The notes: a model not told the origin generated them from the letters alone. A stretch of 64,000 bases of DNA from Candidatus Omnitrophota bacterium (GCA_030691865.1 JAUYDL010000041.1:758-64757); one strand, 5' to 3'. Positions 27,268 to 38,270 are shown, counted from the first letter of the stretch. Numbers and translations are program-made.

Positions 27268-28302
27268 TTAGAGGTTTTTGCGGATAAACAGGCTGGTCTG
27301 ATTAAGCAGGCTCAAAATTCCTTCTGCCTTTTGAGCATCCAAGGTGCCTAAACCACAGGCCGGACTAATCAGGAGCCTTTCCAATAGAAGCTGGCGGTCA
27401 ATCCCCTTCTTTACCAGTAATCCTAAGCCAAATTTTATCTTTTGCACTAGCAACTCAGGACTCTGATCCGTATTAAATTCTTGGGTAGGGACTATCCCCC
27501 AGCAGATAATCCCTCCTTTTTTAAGGAAACGATTAAGATTATCCGCGTAAAGCACAAATCTCTCCTGAAAATTAAAAGCATCAAAGTTAATGATATCTAT
27601 ACCGACAGTATCAGTGAGCATTGACCAGTCCGTATTGCCGCAACAGTGTATGCCGATTAGGCTGCCCTGGCTTTTTAGAGTATCCGTAAGCTCAGAGTAA
27701 ACATCAATTACCTCATTACGATTAACCGGCGTATAAGCAGAACCTACACCAGTCAAATACGGTTCATCAAAAAACATAATCATCTTTTTGCCAAATTTCT
27801 TAAAATACTCCAGCTGCCAGAGCGCCTTCATACCTAAACCTTTAACCATAGCCTGCATCAGCACTTCATCATGCAAAATAATTTTGCCTTCGACATCCGT
27901 TATCCCGGAACAAAAAGTAAAAGGGCCGGTAACCTGGCACTTGATAAACTCTACGCCGGATAAATCCATACTATTAAGACGCTCGTAAAAAGCATGCAAA
28001 CCCCGGGCAAAATCCGGGCTTATTTTAAAATATTCCAGATCCTGGGCAATAAATCTATCATAAAATAATTCCAGTTCTTTTTCTTTATCGCCAGCGATAA
28101 AATGTAAATCACCGGCGTCAAACTTAAGCCCGGGCAGGTTTTCACTGAACTGCGCCAGCATTCCCTCGCGCACATTACATTTAGGCAGCTGCGGCCAAAA
28201 GGGTGCTGCGGGAACATAACGCAAGATTAAATCTACCGCGATTTGGGCGTCGGTTAAAGGAAGGCTGCCAATACCGGTTGCCAGGCCTTTTAAATAGCTC
28301 AT
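27268..28302 (-). CDS. Cobalamin-independent methionine synthase-like single-barrel protein
   Basis: ATGIGSLP, PFWPQLP, KCQVTGP, DEP, IHCC, SPACGL; start MSYLK with ATGA overlap. Confidence 0.8.
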   Translation of the reverse strand: MSYLKGLATGIGSLPLTDAQIAVDLILRYVPAAPFWPQLPKCNVREGMLAQFSENLPGLKFDAGDLHFIAGDKEKELELFYDRFIAQDLEYFKISPDFARGLHAFYERLNSMDLSGVEFIKCQVTGPFTFCSGITDVEGKIILHDEVLMQAMVKGLGMKALWQLEYFKKFGKKMIMFFDEPYLTGVGSAYTPVNRNEVIDVYSELTDTLKSQGSLIGIHCCGNTDWSMLTDTVGIDIINFDAFNFQERFVLYADNLNRFLKKGGIICWGIVPTQEFNTDQSPELLVQKIKFGLGLLVKKGIDRQLLLERLLISPACGLGTLDAQKAEGILSLLNQTSLFIRKNL

Positions 28303-28691
28303 CTCTTCTTTCCCTTTATTTCCTGTTCTAAGCAATCGGCTAAAACATTGGAAAAAGCCGTCTTAAAATCATAAACCGCATCAAAATCAAACAGAGAATC
28401 TTCTTTGGTCTTGGATAAGAGCTTTTTTTCGATCATCTTAAAAACAATATTGCCGAAATCCTGCGTCTGGTTTATTCCCCAATAAGTTAAAACCCTGCTG
28501 GCCAAAGCCCCGTACTGATTAATGGCATAATCCCGCAGGCCACGGGCCAGCTCAGCACCGCTAACATGCGCGGTTTTTTTTAGTTTTTTCTGTGTAAAAC
28601 CTAAACCTTCTAACACAAATTCATAGGCATCCGGTTTATACCGTTTATCCTGGCGGCAAATCTCTTCAACTAAATCGTAAAATTCACTCAT
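28299..28691 (-). CDS. Minf_1886-like conserved PVC protein
   Basis: D.RY...AYEFV..GL, HVSG.EL, YG.LA..VL..WGI..T.DFG.IVF. Confidence 0.75.
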   Translation of the reverse strand: MSEFYDLVEEICRQDKRYKPDAYEFVLEGLGFTQKKLKKTAHVSGAELARGLRDYAINQYGALASRVLTYWGINQTQDFGNIVFKMIEKKLLSKTKEDSLFDFDAVYDFKTAFSNVLADCLEQEIKGKKR

Positions 28692-28702
28692 TATTTTAGC
28701 GT

Positions 28703-29173
28703 CTACTTAAATAACAAACTCTTATAATTATCTGGTAAGCTATTAGCCTGCGAAATCACCTCTCCGGTTTTATCCAGAAAGATATACGTAGGCACGCCCA
28801 TCAAATCATATTTATCAGCCAGCAATCCGGCTTCATCTAACAGTATTTTAAAGTTAAGCGGGTAGCCCTTAAAGAATCTTTGCACTTTATTCTCTGACTC
28901 ACTTACATTAACGCCAAGAATATCAATCCCCTCTTTGGCCATCACAGAATACTGCTGGTTCAACGTTCTTAGCTCCTGGCGGCAATAAGAACACCAACTC
29001 GTCCAAAAGAAAAGAATCACCGGCTTGCCTTTATAGCTGGAAATATTTACTGCCTGGCCGCCTAAATCATTTAATATAATATCTCCGGCCAGGGCTCCTT
29101 TACCAAAACCTAAAACTAACCAGATTAATACCATTAATAACAGTATCCTAAATTTTCTAAAAATCCGCAGCAT
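28703..29173 (-). CDS. TlpA-like thiol-disulfide oxidoreductase
   Basis: FWTSWCSYC, GVPT; start MLRIF with TAATG overlap. Confidence 0.9.
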   Translation of the reverse strand: MLRIFRKFRILLLMVLIWLVLGFGKGALAGDIILNDLGGQAVNISSYKGKPVILFFWTSWCSYCRQELRTLNQQYSVMAKEGIDILGVNVSESENKVQRFFKGYPLNFKILLDEAGLLADKYDLMGVPTYIFLDKTGEVISQANSLPDNYKSLLFK

Positions 29174-29847
29174 TAAAATCTCCTGATGGCTGTAATAATA
29201 AAATATAGGCCTGCTAAAACAATAACTGCCGCGCAAACTTTTTTGATTACGACCATCCACTTACCGCTCTTAGGCAACCCGGCCATTCCGGCTCCAAAAG
29301 TACCGATCAGAATAAAAATCAACCCCATTCCATAAGAAAAACTAAGCAATAAAAATCCGCCGTAGAATATATTTTTTGTGGTAGATAAATACGCCAATAT
29401 TGCGCCCAGAATTGGCGTAAGGCAGGGTGTAATCATTAAGCCGGAAACCAGGCCTAATAATAACGCCGTGGCAGGATTGGACTTCTTGTAAACCGGAAGT
29501 TTTAAATTCTTAAAGCCAAAATTAAAATGGAATAAATCAAACATAAAAAGCCCAAAGATAAATATAAGCATCCCGGAAATAAGATTAACTAACGGGCTAG
29601 AACTGAATTTCCCAAACATGCTGCCGGTTAATACGGCCAGGATTCCCAGGAAAGAATAGGTAATAGCCATGCCGGTAACATAAAATAAACTTAAAAACAA
29701 CCCCCTGCTTCTTGAATTCTGCGCGTTACCGACAATGTAACCGGCGCTAATGGGAATAAGCGGATAAACACAAGGAGTAAGACTGGCTAAGAAACCTCCA
29801 AAAAAAGCGATAAGAAAATCGAACGGGCTACCGGAGAGCTGCATCAA
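29173..29847 (-). CDS. ccdA: CcdA/DsbD transmembrane electron transporter
   Basis: SLTPCVYPLIP and TPCLTPIL. Confidence 0.88.
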   Translation of the reverse strand: MMQLSGSPFDFLIAFFGGFLASLTPCVYPLIPISAGYIVGNAQNSRSRGLFLSLFYVTGMAITYSFLGILAVLTGSMFGKFSSSPLVNLISGMLIFIFGLFMFDLFHFNFGFKNLKLPVYKKSNPATALLLGLVSGLMITPCLTPILGAILAYLSTTKNIFYGGFLLLSFSYGMGLIFILIGTFGAGMAGLPKSGKWMVVIKKVCAAVIVLAGLYFIITAIRRF

Positions 29848-30139
29848 TCCACCTTAAGTATGGCCTATCTCCAGCAATTATTGGGATGGCGATAATTTCC
29901 GGGACTTCATAGCTATGCAAAGACCTGACCAACTTAATAATTTGGGGTAATTTTTCTTTTTTGGATTTAATCACCAGCAGGGATTCTTTAGCCTGATCCA
30001 ATTTAGCTGCCCAAAAAAATATGGAATCAACTTTATCTACAATATTAACACAGGCAGCTAATTTATGCTTAATCAGGCTGGTGGAAATTTTGCGTGCTTC
30101 TTTTTTATCTTTTGTAGTAACCAGAACAACCACATACAT
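29828..30139 (-). CDS. cutA: Divalent cation tolerance protein CutA
   Basis: LAACVN, LHSYEVPEII, YLRW. Confidence 0.93.
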   Translation of the reverse strand: MYVVVLVTTKDKKEARKISTSLIKHKLAACVNIVDKVDSIFFWAAKLDQAKESLLVIKSKKEKLPQIIKLVRSLHSYEVPEIIAIPIIAGDRPYLRWIDAALR

Positions 30140-30346
30140 AGTTTAAGTTAACCTCCAACTTAGAGTAATCATATCTATCGCTAAATTTACAAACTCATTA
30201 TATAGGGATTAGCCCGAATTTCAAGGAGATTATTGCTGCGGAAATAAAAAGGGGCACTTTTTTTGGATGGGCCTTTATGCCGGTAGGCTAAAAGGTAGCG
30301 CCCCTTTTGTTCTAACTTTCCCCTGTCATCCTGAGGACCGAAGGAT

Positions 30347-33300
30347 CTATCCACTAAAAGCTACCTTTAGTTCCTCCCCGCTCCTCCCTGACCCCAGCAC
30401 TACCAGAATATCTTTAAGTGTCGGATCAGTTGCACAACAAGTTCCTTCCTGTATCCTTAGGATATCTGAGATACAAGAAACTATTCTTTCCATATCACTA
30501 TCAAGGGTACCTCTAAAACAGCTTGCGGCAAGATACTCTTTTAAGCGTTCTGCAGATGGGGTAATCCCCGAATTAACCAGGCGCTCTATATCCGACCACT
30601 CCTGGGTTAAGTCTACACGCCGCAAAGTACTCTGAGGCATAGTCCTGATACTTGCCTTAAGATTATCCATAGACTGAATGACGATAGGCAGGAAACGGAA
30701 ATCGATACCGCCTTTTTCACGGTCATCGCCTTGAGGCGCGACAGATATTTCCTCCTCAGGATAGAATTTTTGCTTGATCGCCTCAACCATTTTTCCATAG
30801 GGATGCGATTCTATCGAGAAACGAGATAACTCTGGACTCAAGCGGATCGCCCCGGCAGCTATTGCCTCTTCTTTTAAAGAAGCCATCCGCGACAAAAGAC
30901 TAACGGCGTCTTGAGCTTTTCCTAATCCTGCCTTGATAATTAACTCCACCGCCTCAAGTTCATCACGGATTTCACTCGCAGCCTCTACATCAACTTCATC
31001 AGTAATAACTGCCCCATTTTTAATATGCGCTATCTCGTGAGCAATAATCGTCGCCATTTCCCCCCGGCTTATTTCTCCGGCAATAAATTTTTTTACAAAC
31101 CAAATTAAGAGTTGGACGTCGGAACCATGAGTGGTTGCCACGCTTCCTAGCGAAAACTCAAAATTAAAATAAGGAGGAGAATTACTATCCAGGCCCGCTT
31201 CATGCAAAAGAGGCAGAAACATTGTCTCATATAAATTAATCCACGCCTTCTGCTGATCAAGCGGCATAAAACGACCAAGCCCGTATTGGCTTACTTTTTC
31301 AACAGACCAAACCCCCGCCTCAACCTGTTTAATAATACTTACGTCTACATCCGCCTTATGTCCTTGCGATTCTGCGTATTGATGCGCTTCATAGATTAAA
31401 CCTCTTGCCTGTTTTTGGTTATTCGGATTCTTGAGAAAATTACTGAACAATTCATAGGCAGTGGCTTCATCAAGGCCAGGAAACATCTCTTTAGCTTTTT
31501 GGCGCAGATAACTTACTTCATCCTGTTCATGTTTGATTTTTTGCTCTAATATACCTTGTTGCTGCCATTCTGAGAATTTAGCTCTAGTAATATAAACAAC
31601 ACCTCTTCTTAAACCAGCTGAAGCGTATTGCTCGCCATTTTCAGTAACAGATAAATAGGATGCAGCGATAACAATCACTTTTTGGCCGTTTATCATATAT
31701 ACATTCTGATTATCCACTGATAAATCCAAATCTTCTGCTAGGTCTGATTTAGGATTAACATTAAACGCGTCAAGACGTCTTTGTCGTTCTGCTTCCGTAA
31801 TTTTACCCTGTTTAAGCAAAATACCAAGAATACCTTCAAGAATATTGCGATTTGCCTGGGTTTCATCCCCTTTCCCAGTAGAAGAAATGGACGGAGAGTA
31901 GCTAAGCTCGTATACCTTGTTTGCTTGGTAAGCCGCCGGAGGTACAGAAGTTTGAGGAACAGCGGGAATTTGCGAAGCAGGTGTTTGAATTTGGAACGCC
32001 GGCTTCTTCGATGATGTCCGTAGCGTTGTACGAACCGACGGATCCAGCTTCTGCGCATGTTTCGGTTCATACCCGTAGTTAGGTTGGAGTTTTTCCTCTG
32101 GAGTAATGGAAATCTGGGTTGATTGCTCCAGATGCATCGTTTCTGCAATATAGTCTTGAACCCCGTTTCGGTTAGACAATCCCCCAACCTCGCCTGATGT
32201 AGCAATCATGAACTCCCATTTGTTTGCATCTGCAATCTGAACAAATGCTTCCATGGACCGGTCAATGAACTCATGCATCTTTTCGCTTGCCATGATCGAG
32301 GCAAAAGATACTGATGGATCAAAGCCGATGAGGATAAACTTACCGGGTTGAATAAGGAAAAGGGCGTTTCCAAACACTTCCCCATCTTTTACCATTTTGA
32401 CAGGAATGATGTTCTTCCGTTTAGATAAATGTGCAGGATGATCCCCAAAACACGTTCCGGAGATAACACCCTGCCAAACATCTAAAAGTGTCCGGGGAGT
32501 AAATACCAGAGAAATCATTTTCGTATTTTTCTCTTGTTGTTGAACGGTTTCAATGCTCTTAGCATTCACCTGTTTAATAAGTTTTAACTCGTCTGTTGCT
32601 TCGAGCGTCTTTTGCAGATATGCAAGATTCGGATGGGCTGAAAAATAATCCGGAAGGTGTTGGCTCACCAATTCTTCTAGCTGTTTGATAAACAAACTCA
32701 TATCAGTAACAGAAAGCGTACCACTAACAAACTGCGGAATGAGCGCATCAAGGTTGGAAAGCTTGAACACATCGCGCCATACCCCATTAAAAAGTGACGC
32801 ATCAATGGAAAGTGCGCCAGCAAGAACCTTCGTAAGGTTGTCCAGCTTTTGCTCCTCACTTAAGGTACTGGCAATAATGCCGTTTATCTTTTTCAAAAGC
32901 GCCTCTTGCCCATCAGTCCGAAGATATGGAAGTAATAATTTTATGGCGTCTGCTTTTGTTTGCGGATCAAGCAGTTGATTAATCGTATCAGCTGAAAAGA
33001 TTTTTCCAATATCTTCCAACATTGCTACATGATCAACCTGAGGCGTATCGGATTGAAGCAAAAAGTCCCCAAGAAAAGCCTGGACTTGTTGACGCAGCGT
33101 ATCAGGAATGGTAAAAAAGCTCTCCTGGATAGCAAATGGAAATGTTGCCGTACCCGATATTAAGGGAATCGTGGTCAGCTGGCGAGAAACCGTTTCCAGA
33201 ACTTGCCACCGCGGCAATGTCTGCCAGTTAGGAACACTGAATTGTTCCGCTAATTCAGTAAATGATGCGATATAATGACTATCAATAGAAGCAAGGAAAA

Positions 33301-36300
33301 TATCAAACATCTTAAAATCCTCTTCTGTCTGGGGTTGATATCCATTCACAAGTTTAGCTTGAAATTCGTTAAAACGCTTGTTTTTACTCTCAATCTCAGC
33401 CCGAATTTGTCCGATAAGTTCTTTAAGGCGATCGTCGGATACAGAGGAAGAGATACTTTCGGAAAGAAATGTCTGTACTGCAGGAACCAATAACGTTCTT
33501 CGTCGAACAGCAGTAAGCCATTGTTCTCTCGGAAGATATGAAAGCAGGGTATAGATACCAGGAGTAGGTTCCACTGTTCTGATATTGAAACCGTGAGCAT
33601 TCAAATATTCCCTCAGAATAATAATTGTTTCCGGTTTTACTTTTTCTGTAATAAAGTTAAAAAATGAAACATCCGCATCGGTAGCAATCAGTTCAAGGCC
33701 GCCTTCTGTTAGTATCCTACGGATATCAGGTACAGTTAAGTATAGTCTCCAAAATCGTTGTAAGGAAACAGGAAGACGTGAAAGAATATCCTCTGACATC
33801 GCAGTGCCAACATTTTGCCATACATTTTCAATAGCACCTAATTTGGTCTGCTTAGAAATATACGAAGTTATCAATTCATTAAATGAAATAGTTCCTTGTG
33901 AAGAAACAATGGCCGGCCGCAATACTCTTTCAATATCGGTAGTTAATAAAATTTTTGTTTGATTTTCAGGAAGCGCTAAAACATATAACCAATATATTTG
34001 CTCCTGTTGGGATCCAAATTCATTGTCTACCGCATGAATTAAATTATTTGATCCTAAAAGTTTGAATAACTCAAATAAAGGGTAGTGTAGCTTAACATAT
34101 TCGATAAATAACGCGTTGATTCTCACCTGACCATCTTTAATATAAAAATACCGCTGTAAATCTCCAACAGAAATAGCTGGTACTTGATTAAGATAATTTT
34201 TGCCCAGCGCAGTTTCAGCTAAAAGTATTTGATGCAGCGGTTGTGCTGAATCTAATAGTTCATCAATCCGTTCTGGATGGAGATTAAAAAATTCCAATAA
34301 TCGATTTTGCAGTGATCTATAAACTAACTGGTTTCCAAAATCAATAATTCTCTTTTGTGTTTGCGGATTAACTCCATGGAGTTTACTTATTTCTGTGACA
34401 CCCCTTTCAAAGGAAAGTAATGATGACTGAACGCCCCGTTGAATAGCAAGTACTATGGGATTAGTAATTTCTTCAACTTGCTCCGCATCTTGAACAACAT
34501 TTATTAGCCCCCGCCTTATAACATTGTTGATTCGTTCATTCAAAGCCAGAGCGATTATAATGGCGTAGGGATGACGAAGGAGTAATTCCCCTCTCTCTAT
34601 TAAATTTGTACGATTATCAATCCGATGATTGAAACCAGATTCAAAATTAGAAATTGTGTCTTTATCCATTCCATAACCTTCACGAATAAGTTGCGCTAAG
34701 ATATGTGCGGATCCGCTAGAAAGTACTGTTTTAATAAATTCTTGATAATTAACAAAAGCACGCCTCTCGTTATCTATATTTGCGAATTGCTTCTGCTGTC
34801 CTATTGCATCCAATATCACAAGTAAATCTTGTAATAGAGGCACTTGCGTTGAAAGCGCATCATAGGATATAAGTAGATCCCCTAGCGTATCCCTCCCTAC
34901 ACCATAGTCATATAATCGTTGTAGCAAAGATAACGCTTCCTCTTGTCCTTTTTGGAATCCTCCATGTTGGATCGTTGCGGTTAAAAAACGAAGTGCTGGA
35001 GATGGGCCCTCTTGAGTGGAACTAAAAGCAGATTCATACCGAGTAGCACGATAGCTACTATAGTAGTTTCCGAAAACATCAAAAAGAAATGGGTACTCAT
35101 GAGTAGCAGCTACGGCTTTTTGATATGTTTTTTCATCGACAGCAACGATTTCTTGAAAAAAAGGAAGGGATTGAGGTGGAAAATCATATTCTCCTACTCT
35201 GCTATTGCTCATTCCACTCATTCGTTGATCGATAATGTCCAGATCAGTTACCCGCCTTGCTGGGTTTATTGAGTAATCATGATATATTCGCTCATAATGA
35301 TTGGATGTAATATTCCCATCATAATATTTAAAAAGAATTGGTGATCCGCTTTTTTCCAAACTTCGTAATACTTGCTCAGGTTGTTTTATGCCATTTTTCC
35401 GCATAGCCCTTAGTGATCGAATTCTTGGGATAAATAATTGCACTGCATGAGATCGCAGATATGCTCGAGCAGACGCGCTCATTTTTTGCATTTGTTCTTC
35501 AGCCGCCTCTGTTGGGTGTCTATTAAGCACCCCTTGTGTGCTTAACCATTGAGTAGCATCCGTACTCATTTGTCTTAACCGATTTTCTCTACTATATTGA
35601 CTATCTCCCAACCCATAAATCGTTCTGATAGATTTTACAACGCTTGAATCAACTGAAGGTAAAGTATCCGCTATATCTGTTAACCGCTGTGTTTGTGAAG
35701 TATAACCGATAAATGGCGTTGATTCCCAAAATATCTTTAAAACGTATGACTCAATGGTGGCTTGAAGCTCCCCTGAAACAACTAATTGCGTTTCACTGAT
35801 CGCAGCATTTGCTAGTAAATGAATGCGTGTTTTTAATTGCTCAAAAAGCATTCCTTTTGGATCAGCTATGCTAAATGTACGGATCATAATATCAGTAAAT
35901 AGCGCTCGAATAGTAGGTTGCTGTTCAACCCTAAATTGTTTTTCCAATGCAATATAGTCGATAGCTAATTCAGCTATAACCTTACCTATATCACTCTTAT
36001 AAAGCCCGGCGTGTTGTATAGCGCGAATAACAGAAGAAATATCAGGAATTTGTAATAATGTATCAACAAATTTACGTAAGCCACCTTCTGTAATTGTTGG
36101 TTTTTCTGTTAGATACGAGACAAAACCATATATGAGATCATCTAAATCAATTACTGCCTGCATCTGTCGCAATGTCTCAAAAAGACGAGTGTATTCATGC
36201 AAAACCAGATCAGAGTTTTCACTTGCAAGTATTTGCATAAGCAACCGTGAAAAAGTGTAATAATTCATTAGGGATTGACTAGATTTTTTTGGATCACGAA

Positions 36301-38119
36301 GAGATGCACTAAATGAAACAAACGCCTGCCCTCCTATAAGTAAGCGTAGTTGAGCGTATTTCTCCAGGGAATTTTTTGTTTCAGACATTGCATCAATCAT
36401 ATTCATCACCAAGTCCATAGGAATATTTATTCGTAATCTACGGGCCAATTCTAAAGACTGGTCGATATATCCAATTGGATCAGGTGATGAAGTAAGGGAG
36501 TTAAAAAAATTAGGAATATGGGTAAATTTTGATTCTCCAAACAATTCTAATAACTCTGATAATTTTGCAATATAAACATATTTTTGGTCGATAGTAAGAA
36601 TCGACTCAATCGCCTTTTCCGGCCTAGAAGAACTGTAAGTACGAATGATCCTTCGTAATTTTGTAATAACTGTAAACGGATCCTCTGCGTGATCAATAAT
36701 TTCAAACATTTGTTCTTGTTTAGCAGGGGTAATTTCTAATCGTTTCATATCACGAATAAATGCATTTCGCTCAGCTGTAAAAAACAGTTTTTTGAACCAA
36801 TTTGTGGAGGGAGTTTGTGAAGAATTGGTTGGTGTTGTTGAAGTAGTTCGATTTTCTTCAATAGCTTGTTGTATTAAAGGATCTATAGCTGCTTGTTTAT
36901 CTTCCTCTACGCCTTGTGCCTCAACATGCACTATGTCGCCATTATTAACTTCTACGCTTACACCATACCCACTCCTTACCCCTGCTGGCGTACCCGGAAT
37001 AACTGACCTATTTCCTACTGCTCCCATTGGCCTAGTTAATTCCTGCGCCAATGATGTATTGTCTGGAGCTAAAACCATACCCCCTGAGAAATAACTCCTG
37101 ATCACCTGGCCATATGGTGTATAGGTGGGCTCTTGGATGTTGTATTCCCCCTTCTCAAAATTCTCCTTATAGGCATTAAAGTAGGTGTTCACTGAATAAG
37201 GGGTCTTGGTTTGAAGATTAGTCAGGTCTTTTCTGTTTATACGTCCAGAGTATTGAGTGTTTTTGTTTTGATTTCTGGCTTTAAACCACTGGGCAAGAAT
37301 TAAGGAGTAATAGACCTGTCTTAAGGGGCCGTAGCGCTTGGCGTTGTTGATTTCTTTGGTAAGTTTAGGAATGATATTTTCCCTGATAATCTGAGAAGAA
37401 TATTCGTTGAGTTGTTTTTCTCTTTCATCTTTAAAAGAGTAGGTGGCATTGCCTTTTAAATAGTCTTGTTCCAGCATTACCTTTAGCGTTGCCTTATAGA
37501 CATAAGCTGAATCTGTTGATTCACGGATGATGATTTCATCCGGAACGATCCAGGGGCGGGTTAGAGTAGGGATGGTTACGTTTTGATTTCCATAGAGCTC
37601 GCCTGCTTTTTGGTAGAGCTTATCCCAATACTCTTTACCTTCAAGGGTTTGAGGATTAGTCACATTGGCAGTATCTTTTTTTAGCTGCAGGTCTGCTTCC
37701 AGAAGAATCTTGCCTACTTCCGTCTGAGCTAAGAGCGGATCAATAATATCATTGGGTGAGTCAGGACGCAAGTTTACCCAGAAGGTGTCATTGGGCAAAG
37801 CAATACCCACAAAGAAATAATTTAGTAAATCTTTGGTGATAGATTCAACTTCAGGGACAGTCCCCTTCGGGGACAGTCCCTTAAACTGGTCGCCTTTATC
37901 TAAGAGAAGCTTAAAATTATTATTTAATCCATCGTAGGATATGTATCTTAAATGCAGGGGACGAAACTTATCCGGGGTAAAAGCATTATGTAAAGATGCG
38001 AAGTGGCCGGCGATATTTAGCTCAACAGCAGCAACCTGGGCAAAGCCCGTCTGCTGGACAACTAACAGGATACACAAAAATATAGCAATAATTTTTAAGG
38101 TCTTCGATTTTTTCATCAA
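30347..38119 (-). CDS. Giant (2590 aa) exported mosaic protein with a zincin HExxH motif
   Basis: Signal peptide; N-terminal FWVNLRPD...LLEADLQLKKD...RPWIVP block; IIAHEIAH near the C-terminus; KGGIDFR motif before the final domain. Confidence 0.85.
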   Translation of the reverse strand: MMKKSKTLKIIAIFLCILLVVQQTGFAQVAAVELNIAGHFASLHNAFTPDKFRPLHLRYISYDGLNNNFKLLLDKGDQFKGLSPKGTVPEVESITKDLLNYFFVGIALPNDTFWVNLRPDSPNDIIDPLLAQTEVGKILLEADLQLKKDTANVTNPQTLEGKEYWDKLYQKAGELYGNQNVTIPTLTRPWIVPDEIIIRESTDSAYVYKATLKVMLEQDYLKGNATYSFKDEREKQLNEYSSQIIRENIIPKLTKEINNAKRYGPLRQVYYSLILAQWFKARNQNKNTQYSGRINRKDLTNLQTKTPYSVNTYFNAYKENFEKGEYNIQEPTYTPYGQVIRSYFSGGMVLAPDNTSLAQELTRPMGAVGNRSVIPGTPAGVRSGYGVSVEVNNGDIVHVEAQGVEEDKQAAIDPLIQQAIEENRTTSTTPTNSSQTPSTNWFKKLFFTAERNAFIRDMKRLEITPAKQEQMFEIIDHAEDPFTVITKLRRIIRTYSSSRPEKAIESILTIDQKYVYIAKLSELLELFGESKFTHIPNFFNSLTSSPDPIGYIDQSLELARRLRINIPMDLVMNMIDAMSETKNSLEKYAQLRLLIGGQAFVSFSASLRDPKKSSQSLMNYYTFSRLLMQILASENSDLVLHEYTRLFETLRQMQAVIDLDDLIYGFVSYLTEKPTITEGGLRKFVDTLLQIPDISSVIRAIQHAGLYKSDIGKVIAELAIDYIALEKQFRVEQQPTIRALFTDIMIRTFSIADPKGMLFEQLKTRIHLLANAAISETQLVVSGELQATIESYVLKIFWESTPFIGYTSQTQRLTDIADTLPSVDSSVVKSIRTIYGLGDSQYSRENRLRQMSTDATQWLSTQGVLNRHPTEAAEEQMQKMSASARAYLRSHAVQLFIPRIRSLRAMRKNGIKQPEQVLRSLEKSGSPILFKYYDGNITSNHYERIYHDYSINPARRVTDLDIIDQRMSGMSNSRVGEYDFPPQSLPFFQEIVAVDEKTYQKAVAATHEYPFLFDVFGNYYSSYRATRYESAFSSTQEGPSPALRFLTATIQHGGFQKGQEEALSLLQRLYDYGVGRDTLGDLLISYDALSTQVPLLQDLLVILDAIGQQKQFANIDNERRAFVNYQEFIKTVLSSGSAHILAQLIREGYGMDKDTISNFESGFNHRIDNRTNLIERGELLLRHPYAIIIALALNERINNVIRRGLINVVQDAEQVEEITNPIVLAIQRGVQSSLLSFERGVTEISKLHGVNPQTQKRIIDFGNQLVYRSLQNRLLEFFNLHPERIDELLDSAQPLHQILLAETALGKNYLNQVPAISVGDLQRYFYIKDGQVRINALFIEYVKLHYPLFELFKLLGSNNLIHAVDNEFGSQQEQIYWLYVLALPENQTKILLTTDIERVLRPAIVSSQGTISFNELITSYISKQTKLGAIENVWQNVGTAMSEDILSRLPVSLQRFWRLYLTVPDIRRILTEGGLELIATDADVSFFNFITEKVKPETIIILREYLNAHGFNIRTVEPTPGIYTLLSYLPREQWLTAVRRRTLLVPAVQTFLSESISSSVSDDRLKELIGQIRAEIESKNKRFNEFQAKLVNGYQPQTEEDFKMFDIFLASIDSHYIASFTELAEQFSVPNWQTLPRWQVLETVSRQLTTIPLISGTATFPFAIQESFFTIPDTLRQQVQAFLGDFLLQSDTPQVDHVAMLEDIGKIFSADTINQLLDPQTKADAIKLLLPYLRTDGQEALLKKINGIIASTLSEEQKLDNLTKVLAGALSIDASLFNGVWRDVFKLSNLDALIPQFVSGTLSVTDMSLFIKQLEELVSQHLPDYFSAHPNLAYLQKTLEATDELKLIKQVNAKSIETVQQQEKNTKMISLVFTPRTLLDVWQGVISGTCFGDHPAHLSKRKNIIPVKMVKDGEVFGNALFLIQPGKFILIGFDPSVSFASIMASEKMHEFIDRSMEAFVQIADANKWEFMIATSGEVGGLSNRNGVQDYIAETMHLEQSTQISITPEEKLQPNYGYEPKHAQKLDPSVRTTLRTSSKKPAFQIQTPASQIPAVPQTSVPPAAYQANKVYELSYSPSISSTGKGDETQANRNILEGILGILLKQGKITEAERQRRLDAFNVNPKSDLAEDLDLSVDNQNVYMINGQKVIVIAASYLSVTENGEQYASAGLRRGVVYITRAKFSEWQQQGILEQKIKHEQDEVSYLRQKAKEMFPGLDEATAYELFSNFLKNPNNQKQARGLIYEAHQYAESQGHKADVDVSIIKQVEAGVWSVEKVSQYGLGRFMPLDQQKAWINLYETMFLPLLHEAGLDSNSPPYFNFEFSLGSVATTHGSDVQLLIWFVKKFIAGEISRGEMATIIAHEIAHIKNGAVITDEVDVEAASEIRDELEAVELIIKAGLGKAQDAVSLLSRMASLKEEAIAAGAIRLSPELSRFSIESHPYGKMVEAIKQKFYPEEEISVAPQGDDREKGGIDFRFLPIVIQSMDNLKASIRTMPQSTLRRVDLTQEWSDIERLVNSGITPSAERLKEYLAASCFRGTLDSDMERIVSCISDILRIQEGTCCATDPTLKDILVVLGSGRSGEELKVAFSG

Positions 38120-38232
38120 TTGCCTACCGGCTCTTTAACTACTATAAGTATGATATAATAGGTAAGAAAAAACAAGGGTAAAACAGGGTAAAAAGAAAGG
38201 GTTTTCAGTAACAAAAGGGGATGCAACAAAAA

Positions 38233-38270
38233 GGGGACGTTGCCCTTCCGTCTTGAAGGGAAACGTCCCC
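38233..38270. repeat. GGGGAC-family hairpin
   Basis: 36 of 38 bases identical to 22081-22118. Confidence 0.85.

Noticed and set aside
30347-38119. Diversity-generating retroelement or prophage
   Set aside because: No reverse transcriptase, template/variable repeat pair, integrase or phage structural genes seen
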